64,000 nucleotides of DNA from Chloropicon primus (GCA_023205875.1 CP060761.1:124001-188000); one strand, 5' to 3'; shown: positions 33,001 to 43,472, counted from the stretch's first letter. Program-made: numbers and translations. The notes: generated from the sequence alone by a model not told the origin.

Positions 33001-34538
33001 TCCTCCAAGAACTTCTCTCTCCCGAGGTCGTGCCTGGTGATCCCCTTCTCCCTCATCAACTTCTTCTCCACGACAGTCTGTGTCGCGATACCGGCGTGGT
33101 CGGTGCCTGGGACCCAAAGAGTCTCGTACCCGCTCATTCTCTTCCATCTCACGATCGTGTCCTCAATGGAATCCGTAAGGGCATGGCCCAAGTGAAGGGT
33201 TCCGGTCACGTTTGGCGGAGGGATAACGATCGTGAAGGTCTTGCCCTTGGTGTGCTTGTTGTTGGCGGTGAAGAATCCCTCCTTCTCCCACCAAGAGTAC
33301 CACGAGTGCTCCACAATCCTTGGCGAATACGTCTGGATGTTGATCTTGTCGATCTGCTTCTTTCCCCCCTTGGGCTGAGAGTCCAGGAACTTAAGGGTGG
33401 CCTCCTCCTCTTCCATCTGCTTCTTCTTCTTGGCGGCGGCCTCCTCCGCCTTCTTGGCGGCCTTGGACTTGCCAGCCCCCCCCTTGGCCTTCTTGGCGGC
33501 CTCCTCCTTCTCCCTCTTGGCCTTCTTGGCTAGCATTTTCGCCTTCTTGGCCTCCTTCTCGGCCTTCTTCGCGGCCTTCTTCGCCTTCTTGACCGGGTCC
33601 TCCTCCTCGTCCCCCTTCTTCCCGGCCGCGTTGGCGGGGGCTCCACCCTTCTGGGCCTTCTTCTCCGCCTTCTTCTCCGCCTTCTTCTCCTCCTTGGCCG
33701 GAGGATCCGCCTTCCGCTCAGGCTCAGGCTGTTGGCTCGCCGCGGCGCTCACTGAGCTCAACGAGGCAAGGGACGCGAAGTTCGAGTTGGATTTCTTCTT
33801 CTTCTGGTCCTTCGCTGCGTCCTTCTTCGCTTTTTGGGCGGCCTGGGGCATCGCGACGTTCCAAGCGTCCTGCGTCTGGCACGCCGCGACCGCCTTCTCA
33901 AAGTACCCCTCCCCAAGGGAGAAGGACCTCTTGACGGTCTCGCAGGAGCAGGAGACCGTGGCCATCCACCTAGTCAGGCTGGGTCTCTTCTCGAAGAAGT
34001 CCTTGCCCACCACCTTGTCGCTGAGCAGGCCGTACGCCAGCGCGAAGACCAAGACGTCCGCACAACTCGCGCGCTCCGAGGCCAAGAAGGTCCTGTGGAA
34101 CAGGAAAGTCTCGAGGTCGTCGAACACTTTCGTGAGGTCCTCCTTGGCGTCCTTCAGCTGGACTGTCGCTTGCTGCTTCCTCTTGGCGCTCAGGTCGGCG
34201 TTACCTCCCCTCGCGTTCGTCTTCAAGCACTCGTACGCCCCCTTCACGGAGCAAACCGCATCAATCCAAGCGTCCACGTGGCTCCTCAAGTAGTTGCTCC
34301 TGACGGGATACATGTGCCTGTCGCTCAAGTTGGCCCCCTCGTTGGACGCCATCGCCATCCTCATCACGGATCCCAACCCCTTGCACGTCACCCCCTCGCA
34401 CGAAGCCCTCGGCACCTCCTCCTCCGCCTTGTCCTCCTTGCTCTTCCCCACCACAACATACGTGATGCCTTCGTCCTCCTTGGTCACCGCCCCGAGGGCC
34501 TTGCGCCACACGCAGTCCTCCTCGAAACTCAACTCCAT
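30060..34538 (-). CDS. VARS: Cytosolic valyl-tRNA synthetase with N-terminal GST-like domain and C-terminal PH domain
   Basis: PPPNVTGTLHLGH (HIGH), GTDHAGIATQ, DWCISRQLWWGH, DVLDTWFSS, KMSKS, C-terminal coiled coil. ATG MELSF at 34538; frame continues without a stop into the PH domain. Confidence 0.95.
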   Translation of the reverse strand: MELSFEEDCVWRKALGAVTKEDEGITYVVVGKSKEDKAEEEVPRASCEGVTCKGLGSVMRMAMASNEGANLSDRHMYPVRSNYLRSHVDAWIDAVCSVKGAYECLKTNARGGNADLSAKRKQQATVQLKDAKEDLTKVFDDLETFLFHRTFLASERASCADVLVFALAYGLLSDKVVGKDFFEKRPSLTRWMATVSCSCETVKRSFSLGEGYFEKAVAACQTQDAWNVAMPQAAQKAKKDAAKDQKKKKSNSNFASLASLSSVSAAASQQPEPERKADPPAKEEKKAEKKAEKKAQKGGAPANAAGKKGDEEEDPVKKAKKAAKKAEKEAKKAKMLAKKAKREKEEAAKKAKGGAGKSKAAKKAEEAAAKKKKQMEEEEATLKFLDSQPKGGKKQIDKINIQTYSPRIVEHSWYSWWEKEGFFTANNKHTKGKTFTIVIPPPNVTGTLHLGHALTDSIEDTIVRWKRMSGYETLWVPGTDHAGIATQTVVEKKLMREKGITRHDLGREKFLEEVHAFARDKKSTILNQIRRLGSSVDWTRERFTMDEDLQLAVKEAFCQMYEKGLIYRDARLVNWCCHLNTALSDIEVDYIDIPKRTMLSVPGHKDQVEFGCITSFAYPLEDGSGELVVATTRIETMLGDTAVAVHPNDPRYKHLHGKFLIHPVNGRKIPIITDAILVDMEFGTGAVKITPAHDPNDFATGQRHNLEFINVFDDNGLLNDNGTGQFKGMKRFVARVKIVEFLEEKGLFRGKEDNEMRLGLCSRSKDVIEPMLKPQWWVNCKEMGADAVNVVRNGDLKIIPKDYEKTWYFWMENIRDWCISRQLWWGHRIPAYYINVEGEDGEKGGMPGRNSEKGERWVVGRTEEEAMQRAQAKFPGKKVTLTQDEDVLDTWFSSGLFPFSSFKWPRETDDLKAFFPTQLLETGHDILFFWVARMVMMSRCLMGVLPFKEVFLHAMVRDAHGRKMSKSLGNVIDPLDVISGITLENLHKTLMGGNLDPKEVEKAKLGQSQDFPDGIEECGTDALRFALVAYTSQGRDVNLDVKRVVGYRHWCNKLFNALRFCMMNLGDDFKAPNSIKPDDLPPFCRWILSRLNQTIRTTVQTMDEYHFSSSTSAIYSFWQYDLCDVFIELVKPVMSSSDEALKKKTRDTLWACLEVGLRLLHPFMPFLTEELWQRLPKDAAYAKNYPSITISPYPACTEEFVDPTLEKNMTYAGVITNRIRSLRSTYGLVSQKQQPEVYLVCSDEAMKKVDGVAEYIASLSLSSKVHCVTSASGIPEGCGVAPVDDAVTVYMVLTGMVDPEGEIKRLSKKLKETQNQKANLEKRMAMPNYAKTPEQFKEEDKSRLAKFDTEMANINQAIDGFKKMASAPPKKKEEAGEPPKKEQEEPTAEAQPRGGSSGFLEPGEKIVKKGDVKKKSTGFFSFSSYARVLVLTDKPRLFYMDGTEMKGEFVGVLSCTKKNDSSFIIKSEGKERIIETAEANAWVSSINSTMNL

Positions 34539-34728
34539 CTCTCTCTCTCTCTCCCTCTGTCTGTCCCTCTCTCTCTCCTTGCCTTCCTCTTCGCCTCTCC
34601 GTTGACACACCGCACCGCCGAGGCCGACGCCTTGTTCCCCCAATGACCCCCCCGACGCTGACTCTCCCCTCCGCCGCCGAAAGTTCGACGAGTGAAGTGA
34701 AGCCAGAGTGAAGTGAAGCCACCGACAA

Positions 34729-34803
34729 GACCATCACTCGCCTCGGGACCAATCAAGCAATCACTGGATTCATCCACGTGCAAGGCTTCACTTGCTCCCA
34801 CCC

Positions 34804-34846
<43 letters not shown>

Positions 34847-34997
34847 TCTCTTTGTCTCTGTCTCACTCCCGTTTGTCTGTTTGGTCTGTCTGTCTCTCAG
34901 GGTATGTGACAGTGTGAGGCAATGACAGTGACCATCACTTCACTCGCCTCGGGACCAATCAAGCAATCACTGGTTCGTTCACGTGCAAGGCTTCACT
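34729..34997. repeat. Imperfect direct duplication of about 64 bp (34729-34792 and 34930-34997) separated by a CT microsatellite
   Basis: Both copies read tcactcgcctcgggaccaatcaagcaatcactgg...cacgtgcaaggcttcact. Confidence 0.9.
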
Positions 34998-35599
34998 CGC
35001 TCGGCCATCTTGCTCGGGATCTCCGCAATGACCCGCGAGAGCAGCGCGACCACATCGTCGCCGACCATGCCGCGGAAGATGGCGAGGCCAATCTCGCGCG
35101 AGGCGGGCGGCGAGGCGGGGTCCACGCAAAAGTAGACATTCTTCTTCTCGGGGTGGGCGCGAAGCCGGCGGACGATGCGCTCTTGGCCGGCGAGGATGAT
35201 CTCGCGCGCCGTGTGGGGCGCGGGCGGCTCGCCGTGGAGCGAGACGGTGTGCACCTCGTCGAGCGTGGCAAAGGGCCCGGTGCAGAGGCCCATCGAATGA
35301 CCTCCCGCTCCCGTGTGCTGCCACGGCCGGGCGCAGGCATTGCCACCACCTGCCGGCTGCGGAACGTCGGGCCACTGGCCGGCACTTCCCCACTGGCCTA
35401 GATTGTCATTGAAGATGAACAGGCCGGTGTCGCGGAAGGACGATACCTGCAGCATGGCGTAGTAGTCGCCATTGTACGGCCCAGTGCCGTAGCGCACGGC
35501 GTGAACGGCAACCCGAGGTCCGAGGTTCTCAAGCTCCTCCTTCTTATGCGCGTCCCTCCCCCTCTCTCCCCCTCTCTCTCTCTCCTCCATCGCCTCCAT
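34979..35599 (-). CDS. Hypothetical 206-aa protein with atypical codon usage
   Basis: ATG-to-stop ORF with a globular-looking core (GLFIFNDNLGQW...GGGNACARPW...SMGLCTGPF). Confidence 0.6.
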   Translation of the reverse strand: MEAMEERERGGERGRDAHKKEELENLGPRVAVHAVRYGTGPYNGDYYAMLQVSSFRDTGLFIFNDNLGQWGSAGQWPDVPQPAGGGNACARPWQHTGAGGHSMGLCTGPFATLDEVHTVSLHGEPPAPHTAREIILAGQERIVRRLRAHPEKKNVYFCVDPASPPASREIGLAIFRGMVGDDVVALLSRVIAEIPSKMAERVKPCT

Positions 35600-35875
35600 C
35601 GGCGCAGGTCCCTTCTATCGTTCAGGCGTTAAAGGCGCGCTCCCCTTCGATCGATCGCGCGAGGATCAAAAGGCCAGAGAGAAGGGTTTTCGCGCGCGAT
35701 CGGGACGCGATCGGGAGGTGAGTGAATTTGCGGACGAGGCAGGCGACGGGGGCGAGGAGGAGGGGTGAGGGAGCGCTGTTAAGGGAGAAGTCTTGCGTCC
35801 TTGTCGTGCGAACGACCCCTCTCTCGAAAGGAGGGACAAAGGAACGAGGATCTTACCACAATTTGCGAACCGAAC

Positions 35876-35932
<57 letters not shown>
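35876..35932. repeat. (GATT)n microsatellite, probably within a CAND1 5'UTR intron
   Basis: About 14 GATT units between a GTGAGT donor near 35718 and a CGCAG acceptor near 35986. Confidence 0.85.
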
Positions 35933-35935
<3 letters not shown>

Positions 35936-36070
35936 GTCGTTGTTGCTGCCGTTTCGTTTTCCCAAAAGAGGAGTGTGTGATCGCAGATCGATCGATCGAG
36001 CGGAGGACAGGTCGAGGAGGAAGGGACGGAGGGGAACTTTCTTGATTGGTGCGTGCGTGGTTGGTTCAAG

Positions 36071-39000
36071 ATGTCGCCTCTGGGTGCGAGGGTGAGCGGC
36101 CTTATCGAGAAGCTGAGCTCCAAGGATAAGGACCTGCGTTACATGGCGGTGAGCGATCTGTTCAACGAGCTCAAGGCGGAGGGAATCAGTTGCGGGATGG
36201 GGGTCGAGTCGAAGCTGTGCGAGAGCATACTGAAGGTGACGGAGGACCCGAGCAGCGACGTGTGCACCCTGGCGATCAAGTGCCTGTGCCCTCTGCTGGG
36301 CTCCGTGTCGGATGGGAACTCGAGGGAGTTGGTGAGGAGGCTGTGCCACATGCAGCAGAACCCCAAGGGGTCGACGACGTCCTCGACGACGTCCTTGACG
36401 AGCAAGAAGGCCATGTTTCGGAGTATATCCCTCAAGACGCTGATCGCAGACGTCAAGAGGGGGGAGAACAAGTCGAGCAAGGTGCTGGTGGAGGAGGCGC
36501 TGCCGAGGATGCTCCACGTCCTGAAGACCGTCAAGGAGAGCGAGAGCTTGGGCGAGAGCCTGGACATCGTGACCGAGCTGGTCAAGAAGTTCGGCTTCTA
36601 CCAGTGGAGGGACCAGGCGGACCTGACCAACTCCCTTTTAGAGATCTTCTCCACCACGACCTCGTCGGACGCCTTTGTCAGGAAGAAGTGCATCTCTTGC
36701 GTGAGCGCGCTTGCTGTCCACCTGGAGGGCGAGCTCCTCGAAAGAGTTTTGAGGACGTGCGTCGATGCCCTGTCCCAGGTTCCCTTGGGCGGGGGTGTCG
36801 ACACCCTTTCGAGGACGCAGCTCGTGCTGCTGAAGAGTCAGGTCACGTGCGTCGGCTCTCTCGTGGCGAGCGTCGGGGCCAGGCAGGGCCAGCTCTTGTC
36901 CCAGACCATCCCGACCCTCGTGTCTTTCTGCGCGCAGGCGGAGAGCGAGCAGGAGGACTGTGACGAAGTTGAGGCGATCTGCGAGCTGAGGGAGGCCTGC
37001 ATCAATTGTTTCGAGGCATTCGTGAATCACGTCAAGGGTTTTGACTCCTCGTGCAGCGATCACGTGAGCACCTTCGTGAGCTTGTGCGTCAAGTACGCCT
37101 GCTACGATCCTAACTTCGCTTACGACGACGACATGGAGGTGGACGATGAGGACGACGACATGGATACGGGAGATAACGAGGACGACGACGAGGATGACTA
37201 CGGCGGAAGCGACTACGATGACGACGAGGATTACGACGAGGGCGAGGACGATGACTCCAGCTGGAAGGTCAGGAAGGCGGCCTTGCACTGCTTGATCTCC
37301 ATGGTCCAAACGTACTCTAATCTGATGCTGCCCCTCTTGGAGGCTTCTTTGACAACCCTGGTGGGCCGTCTGAAGGAGAGGGACGAGGGAGTGAAGGCCG
37401 AGATCTTGGCTGCGATTCAGTCCTTCTTGGTGAAGCTCACGGAGGAAGCCAACAGCCTGGACGCGGCCACGAGGGGAAGGTGTTTCTCAATTGTGAGCGA
37501 CAAGGTGCCAAGCTTGATGAAGCACATCTTGAAGGAGCTGGTTGGTAAGAGTACGAGCTCCAAAATAAAGCTCTGCTACATCAAATTGCTCATGGTTGCG
37601 GTCGGGACGCCTGGGGTCAGCCTCCTTCCGTATGCCAGCGATCTGTTGAAGCAGGTGCAAGGCCTGATCAACGAGGGGAGCCTGGAGACCAACATCAAGG
37701 TGGAGGCGTTCCTCCTTTTGCAAGGCCTCTTCCACCTGTCGGAGGAGAATGCCTACAACACGAAGACCCTGAAGGAGCTCCTGTCGACGCTGCTCGCTGC
37801 CGCGGAGGAGAAGTCCTTCAAGGTTTCTGCTATGGCCTTTAGGACACTGTTCAAGGCCCTGGAGATGGTCAACAAGAAGTGGGACAGCGTGTACGAAAAC
37901 GTGGTCGTTGATATTTACGACATGGCGTTCTCTCAGATGACAAGCTCCGACATTGACCTGGAAGTAAGGGAGGAAGCCATCAAGTGCATGGGCCTTCTCT
38001 TGTCCCTGTTCCCCTCTCACTTGCCTGGCAGGTCGGACAAAGCCCTGGAAGCTCTCTTTGACAGGACTGGGAGTGAGGGAACGAGGGTGATAGCCGTGAA
38101 AACTCTCGCGAAGATTGCCTCCTCCGGCCAGGTCGCCATGTCTTGCATCAGTGGAAAGCTGGAGCTGCAGCTTGCCACGTACCTGAAGAAGGCAGACCAC
38201 AATTTGAGGGTCTCGGCGCTGTCGGCGTTGTCCACGCTGGTGGAGACGGGCCAACTCTCAGGGGACATCACAAGCGTGGTGGAGAACTCGAGCAACTTGA
38301 TCTGCGACGCGGACATTCCTTTGGCCTCGACTGCGATCTACATGCTGTGCAAGTTGATGAATTCCCACAAAAATTGCCGGCAGCTCGTAGAAACCTTTGC
38401 GAAGCCAATGGTCTTGGCCTTGATTAAGAGCCCCCTCGTGCAAGGCAGTCTTGTGGAGCCCCTGCAAGCTTTCTTCTCAAAGCTCAGCGCATCACTGACG
38501 GCCAAGAAAGTGGCCGACCTTCTCTCCACCATCGAGGAGCTGGGGCTGGAGCAGAAAGCAAAGCAGAACGTGAGGAAGGCTGCTGCGAAATGCATTGCGA
38601 GCGTGTGCCAAGCGTCAAAGGGCAAGGGCACAAACAGTGTAGATTATGCGAACAAGTCCATCGACTTGATTTCCAAAGGCAAAGTAGCAGATCAAGGGGT
38701 GGTCTTGTCCTTGTTGTGCCTTGCGGAGATTGGAAGGCTCACAGACTTGAGCGGGTGCAATGGGATCGAATCCGTGATACTCGATTGCTTCCAAGCAAGT
38801 TCTGAGGATGTGAGGGGGATCGCCTCTTACGCGCTGGGAAGCGTCTGCTCGCAGAACTTGGATCACTTCCTCCCCATGATTTTCAGTCATATGGAGTCCC
38901 ACTCCAAGCTCAAGTACCTCCTTTTGCTGTCCCTGAAAGAAGTCCTGATTGCCTCCCAGGCCATGGGGGAGCAGAGCAACCTGAAGGAAGAGCATTTCAC

Positions 39001-39910
39001 CAGCCTGCAAAAGGTCTTGTTCCACTCATGCGAGACCGAAGAAGAAGCCATCAGAATCATTTGCGCCGAGTGTCAGGGGCACATGGCCCTGATCAACCCA
39101 GCCTTGATGATTCCGTCGCTGGCCGAGCACCTCGAGAGCGACAACCCAAGCTGGAGGGAAGTGTGTGTTAGCGCTTTCCGAGATGCCGCGAACAGCTCCC
39201 AGCTTTCAACGGAGGGGAAAGGCGTTTTCCAACCCTTTCTTGAGAGCTTCCTTCACAAAATCAGCGACCCTGACCTTAAGGTGCAGAAGGCAGCAATCCT
39301 GCTGCTGAATGTTCTGCTTCACAACCACTTGGATTCCACGCGGCCCTTGCTGCCGGCGACGTTCCCAATGCTGTACAAATGCACAGAATTCTCCAAAGAG
39401 AGCCTGAGGGAGGTCCAGCTCGGCCCCTTCAAGCAGATTGTGGACGATTACCTGGTCGTGAGGAGGACGGCTTACGAGTGCATGCACACCGCGGTCAACA
39501 AGTGCTTTGACATTATCCAGCCAGAAGCAGACCACTTTGTGGACCTCGTGATTAGTGGTGCGACGGACCACTACGACACGAGCAAGACGAGCCACCTCAC
39601 CCTTTCCGACCATTACAGCATGAAGATGACGTGTTTTGGCATCTTGTCAAGGCTGGGCGAGGTGCACCCAAAGGGTTGCATGGCGAAAGCGAGTTTGATT
39701 CTCCCGCCACTGTACAAGACCTTGATCCAAAAACTCAAATCGGACGCCGTCAAGCAGGAGTTGGAGAGGCTGGAGGAGGTCCAGAATGCTTGCATGAGAT
39801 GCGTCAAGAACCTGAGCACGATTGTCGGAATGCAGGAGACGGAGATGTTTGGCAAGCTCATGATCAGCTTCAACAAAAACGAGGAGCTGTTGAAGAAGTA
39901 CAAGGCCTAA
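36071..39910 (+). CDS. CAND1: Cullin-associated NEDD8-dissociated protein 1
   Basis: LIEKLSSKDKDLRYMAVSDL, YDPNF plus acidic loop, DDDSSWKVRKAA, REVQLGPFKQIVDD, RRTAYECM; HEAT repeats throughout. Confidence 0.95.
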   Translation: MSPLGARVSGLIEKLSSKDKDLRYMAVSDLFNELKAEGISCGMGVESKLCESILKVTEDPSSDVCTLAIKCLCPLLGSVSDGNSRELVRRLCHMQQNPKGSTTSSTTSLTSKKAMFRSISLKTLIADVKRGENKSSKVLVEEALPRMLHVLKTVKESESLGESLDIVTELVKKFGFYQWRDQADLTNSLLEIFSTTTSSDAFVRKKCISCVSALAVHLEGELLERVLRTCVDALSQVPLGGGVDTLSRTQLVLLKSQVTCVGSLVASVGARQGQLLSQTIPTLVSFCAQAESEQEDCDEVEAICELREACINCFEAFVNHVKGFDSSCSDHVSTFVSLCVKYACYDPNFAYDDDMEVDDEDDDMDTGDNEDDDEDDYGGSDYDDDEDYDEGEDDDSSWKVRKAALHCLISMVQTYSNLMLPLLEASLTTLVGRLKERDEGVKAEILAAIQSFLVKLTEEANSLDAATRGRCFSIVSDKVPSLMKHILKELVGKSTSSKIKLCYIKLLMVAVGTPGVSLLPYASDLLKQVQGLINEGSLETNIKVEAFLLLQGLFHLSEENAYNTKTLKELLSTLLAAAEEKSFKVSAMAFRTLFKALEMVNKKWDSVYENVVVDIYDMAFSQMTSSDIDLEVREEAIKCMGLLLSLFPSHLPGRSDKALEALFDRTGSEGTRVIAVKTLAKIASSGQVAMSCISGKLELQLATYLKKADHNLRVSALSALSTLVETGQLSGDITSVVENSSNLICDADIPLASTAIYMLCKLMNSHKNCRQLVETFAKPMVLALIKSPLVQGSLVEPLQAFFSKLSASLTAKKVADLLSTIEELGLEQKAKQNVRKAAAKCIASVCQASKGKGTNSVDYANKSIDLISKGKVADQGVVLSLLCLAEIGRLTDLSGCNGIESVILDCFQASSEDVRGIASYALGSVCSQNLDHFLPMIFSHMESHSKLKYLLLLSLKEVLIASQAMGEQSNLKEEHFTSLQKVLFHSCETEEEAIRIICAECQGHMALINPALMIPSLAEHLESDNPSWREVCVSAFRDAANSSQLSTEGKGVFQPFLESFLHKISDPDLKVQKAAILLLNVLLHNHLDSTRPLLPATFPMLYKCTEFSKESLREVQLGPFKQIVDDYLVVRRTAYECMHTAVNKCFDIIQPEADHFVDLVISGATDHYDTSKTSHLTLSDHYSMKMTCFGILSRLGEVHPKGCMAKASLILPPLYKTLIQKLKSDAVKQELERLEEVQNACMRCVKNLSTIVGMQETEMFGKLMISFNKNEELLKKYKA

Positions 39911-39974
39911 GAAAATTCTTAGTATGTTCCCCAACAGTTTGTACAGTTTTACCCCCCCCCCCCGGAGCCACCAA

Positions 39975-40466
39975 TCAATCGCTTCTTGGCATTTTCACGA
40001 CTTCGATCTCTGTCTTGCTCAAGTGCGCAAAAACCTTCTTCTTCTTTCCCTTCACCTCGATCTCAAACTTGACCTTGTATGGCAGGTTCGCGGTCAGATT
40101 CTCATCCACCCGGTCCACGACAACGCCTTGGTGGCCTTCCAAGTTGAACCCCTTTGGATCCTTCCCAAAGTGGTATATTCTCACCTCCCGCGTCACCCTG
40201 ACCAAGGAGTCAAGGCCAATCACGTCCTCCTGCGTGGTGTTCAGGAGCTCTCCAAAGGCCTTGCTGTCCGAGAAGAGCGAGCCCTTGCACCTCACGGAAG
40301 CGCGCTCGTACCCACGGCTTCTTCCGCGCTGGCCAACCACTCCACCGAATTCCCTCCTCGCTGCTCCATGGGACGAGCTTCTCGCCTCTTGTCGTGACGC
40401 ACGAGCCCCGGCCCTCTCCACCCTCCACACCCCTCCACTCCCACAGACGACTCTCTCCAACAACAT
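39975..40466 (-). CDS. FTRA: Ferredoxin-thioredoxin reductase variable (alpha) chain, plastid
   Basis: VRVTREVRIYH...LEGHQGVV...LTANLPYKVKF...AHLSKTEIE; Arg-rich transit-like N-terminus. Confidence 0.85.
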   Translation of the reverse strand: MLLERVVCGSGGVWRVERAGARASRQEARSSSHGAARREFGGVVGQRGRSRGYERASVRCKGSLFSDSKAFGELLNTTQEDVIGLDSLVRVTREVRIYHFGKDPKGFNLEGHQGVVVDRVDENLTANLPYKVKFEIEVKGKKKKVFAHLSKTEIEVVKMPRSD

Positions 40467-40878
40467 GTCTCCACGCTTCTCCCGCCTCGTCGAAATAAGG
40501 CCGACCAAGGTATCGAACGAAAGCTCGTGAGACGCTCTTTCGTTTTCTCGAGACTTTTAGCCCCTTTCCCTCCGTCCCCGTCCTCCACCTCGTCCGCAAG
40601 AGGTGGCTCTCCTCGTTGTCTCTCTCCCTTGTCCTCCTCCTCGGGGATCTCATCCCAAGGATAAGAAAGGCGAAGGCGTAGCTTCTCCAGGAGTGAGGTC
40701 CAAGATACTGGACAAGCGAAGTTTGACGACGAGCAGGGGGAGGAGGAAAGAGCAAAGCCGAAGGGGAAGGGTGTCAAGTGCTAGGGAATTGCAAGGGGAT
40801 TCGAGGTTGGGGCTCACTTGCTCGGTTGGGTCCGCGGAGGGACGAAGGGCTTTGTCATCATCAGGCGTCATCAGCAAG

Positions 40879-42711
40879 ATGGACAAGCAGGTGGGTTTGG
40901 ACGGTTGTCGGTTTAGGGGGACTGAGGAGGGGAGGTGGAGGAGGTGGAGTGGGGCGGGAGGAAGGAACTGGTCGCCTTCAACGTCTTCGCTCTCGATGTG
41001 TCCTTCGACAGGATGCCGAGGCAGCGTGAGGGGAGTGGTGCGCACAGTGGCCATAAGTGGTGTTGGAAGGAAGCGAGAAGGCCACCAAGCGAGAAGTCCA
41101 AACAAAAGAGTTCAGTCCTTCAACGACAGCGTGGCTTTTGGAGAGACTTCCGTTTTTGATGACATCTCCCAGTCCGTCCAGGTCGTCGGGTCCCTGCTCT
41201 TCTGTCCCATCTGCTCGCCACAGAGGTAAGACCCGTCAACCCACGTGACCCCCACGGCTCGGTCGGATTGTTTTTCCGTCCGGTAGGAAGGGAGGGCCTC
41301 CGGGGAGACTACGCTCAAGTTCACTGAAACGCTTTGCTTTTGTTGGTTTGTATTCCTTGTGAAATCTTTCCTCTGTCTCTGTCTCTGTCTCTGTCTCCCT
41401 GGGTGAGCAGGTCCGCGGAGGACGCTGGCTACTTGTACTATCCTTCCGACGAGGAGATACCAGTGAAGCTATGCAAGTATCTTTACGGCTATCCCAGGGA
41501 TTATGAGGAGCGTTACGAGACTCTGGAAGAGTTGGGAAAAGGTGCGTCGCAGAGCGAGCGAGAAACTTTAAAAGATTCCACGATGATCGCCACGACCACG
41601 ACCACAACCACGACGGATGGATGGATTGGATTGGTTTGGATTGGATTGTGGATTGGTTGCTGGCGTTTGTCTGACTCGCGTTCGTTCGCCCTCGCGTCCG
41701 TCTCTGCAGGTTCCTTTGGCATCGTTCACAGGATCGTGGACAAGAAGACAGGGGAGTTTTATGCCGCAAAGACTTTGCCCAAGTCAAGGCCAACTTGGAC
41801 GGGTGGAATGGACGGCGGAATGAGACAAGCGACGACTTCGGCTTACTTGCTGAAAATTCAAGCGGAGGTCAACTTCTTGGCTCGATTAAATGACGTGCAC
41901 GAGGTTGTGCAGCTTGTCAAGGCCTATGAAGATGACTCACACGTCCACCTCGTCATGGATTTGTGCACGGGAGGCAGCTTGTACGAAAAGGTAAGGTCCT
42001 CTTCCTTGTGGCGCAGGATGAATCCCTCCATCATTCTGACGTCACGGACTCTTGTACTTCATACCCCCCCTTCCCTCTCTCTCGGTGGTCGTTCTCGTTC
42101 TGCCTTGCGTGCCTGCCTGCGTGCCTGCCTGGGTGAAGATGGAGGAGAGGATCGACAGGTGCGACTTCGATGGCTCGGACTGTTTCGACGAAGAGACGGT
42201 GAGGAAGCTGATGAGGTCGATCATCAACATGCTGGTGAGCTGCCATGGCCGAGGGATCATCTACAGAGACCTCAAGCCCCAGAATTTTTTGTACGTGGAC
42301 GAGACGCCGGACAGCGAGATCAAGTGCAGTGACTACGGGCTCGCGATGAGTTACATTCCAAGCGACCCTGCGGGGATCTCCCTGAACAAGAGAGCGGGAA
42401 CACCGGTCTACATGGCGCCCGAGGTCGTGCTCCGCAGGTACGACGAGAAAGCGGACTTGTGGTCGGCGGGGATGCTCATGTACCAGCTGCTGGGAAACAA
42501 GCTCCCCCTCTGGAACGGGGACGTGCCTTACACGGCGAACTTGGACGACATATTTTTCGACACTTTGCTGAGGGACATAGACTTCGACTTCATTGCCGAA
42601 GAGTCGAGCCCGGAGGCGGCCGACCTGTGCAAGAAGCTCCTGACCAGAGATCCCGACAAGAGAATGAGCGCGGAGCAGGCCTCGCAGCACCCTTGGTTGA
42701 GGGAGGAGTAA
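40879..42711 (+). CDS. CDPK/CaMK-family kinase lacking EF hands, 4 exons
   Basis: Introns 41226-41410, 41542-41709 and 41991-42138 restore LGKGSFGIV, YAAKTLPK, VHLVMDLCTGG, YRDLKPQN, DYGLA, GTPVYMAPE and HPWL. Start uncertain. Confidence 0.82.
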
Positions 42712-42928
42712 GTCCAACACACACACTTTTGTGTCGTGCTTTTTGGATGATGCTGAAGAATCAAGACCCTTTCTTTTTGTTTATTTCATTTATATATGAG
42801 CACACATCAACAGTATATATATATATATATATGATTCCTTATGATACACTTTCTCTCGGCTTCTCCTTCGATACCACTGCAGCCCCCGCATGGCCTTCCA
42901 TGGTTGTTTGGTGTTCGCCGTCGTCCCT

Positions 42929-43138
42929 CTAGTCCTCCCTCCACTTGTGGCTGCACTCGCAGCACTCGTAGATGATGGTGGACGCCTCGTCTGCTGACCT
43001 CGTTTGCACCTGGGTGAAGTACGCCACGCCGTGGGAGCACTTTGGGCAAACCACTTCCGCCTTGTCCCCCTTCCCCACACCGTCCTTGGACAGCACCAGC
43101 TCGTCGCGCTTCTTCTTCAAGGGAACGCTGTCTATGGC

Positions 43139-43181
<43 letters not shown>

Positions 43182-43472
43182 TCGGTGGGTGTCAATCGAA
43201 TTGCCTGCAAGGGGCCATCAAAGTCACCATCGCTTGCCCACAGCCCAGTGTCGTACTTACTGTTTTCGTGATGTTGTAATTGTAGGGGCAGAGCTTGCAA
43301 TAGAACTCCGCGCTGTCCACATACTCATAGTTCTGCTTGACTGCGCAAGGCAAAGAGCGAGAGGATCACCCAGGGTCAGTCGCTAATGTTGTCTCCCATT
43401 CCCTCCATCCCCATTCACGCGCCATCATCGAAGCCATCAAAGTTCATGCCTCGTGGAGCCATGCAGCACAGA

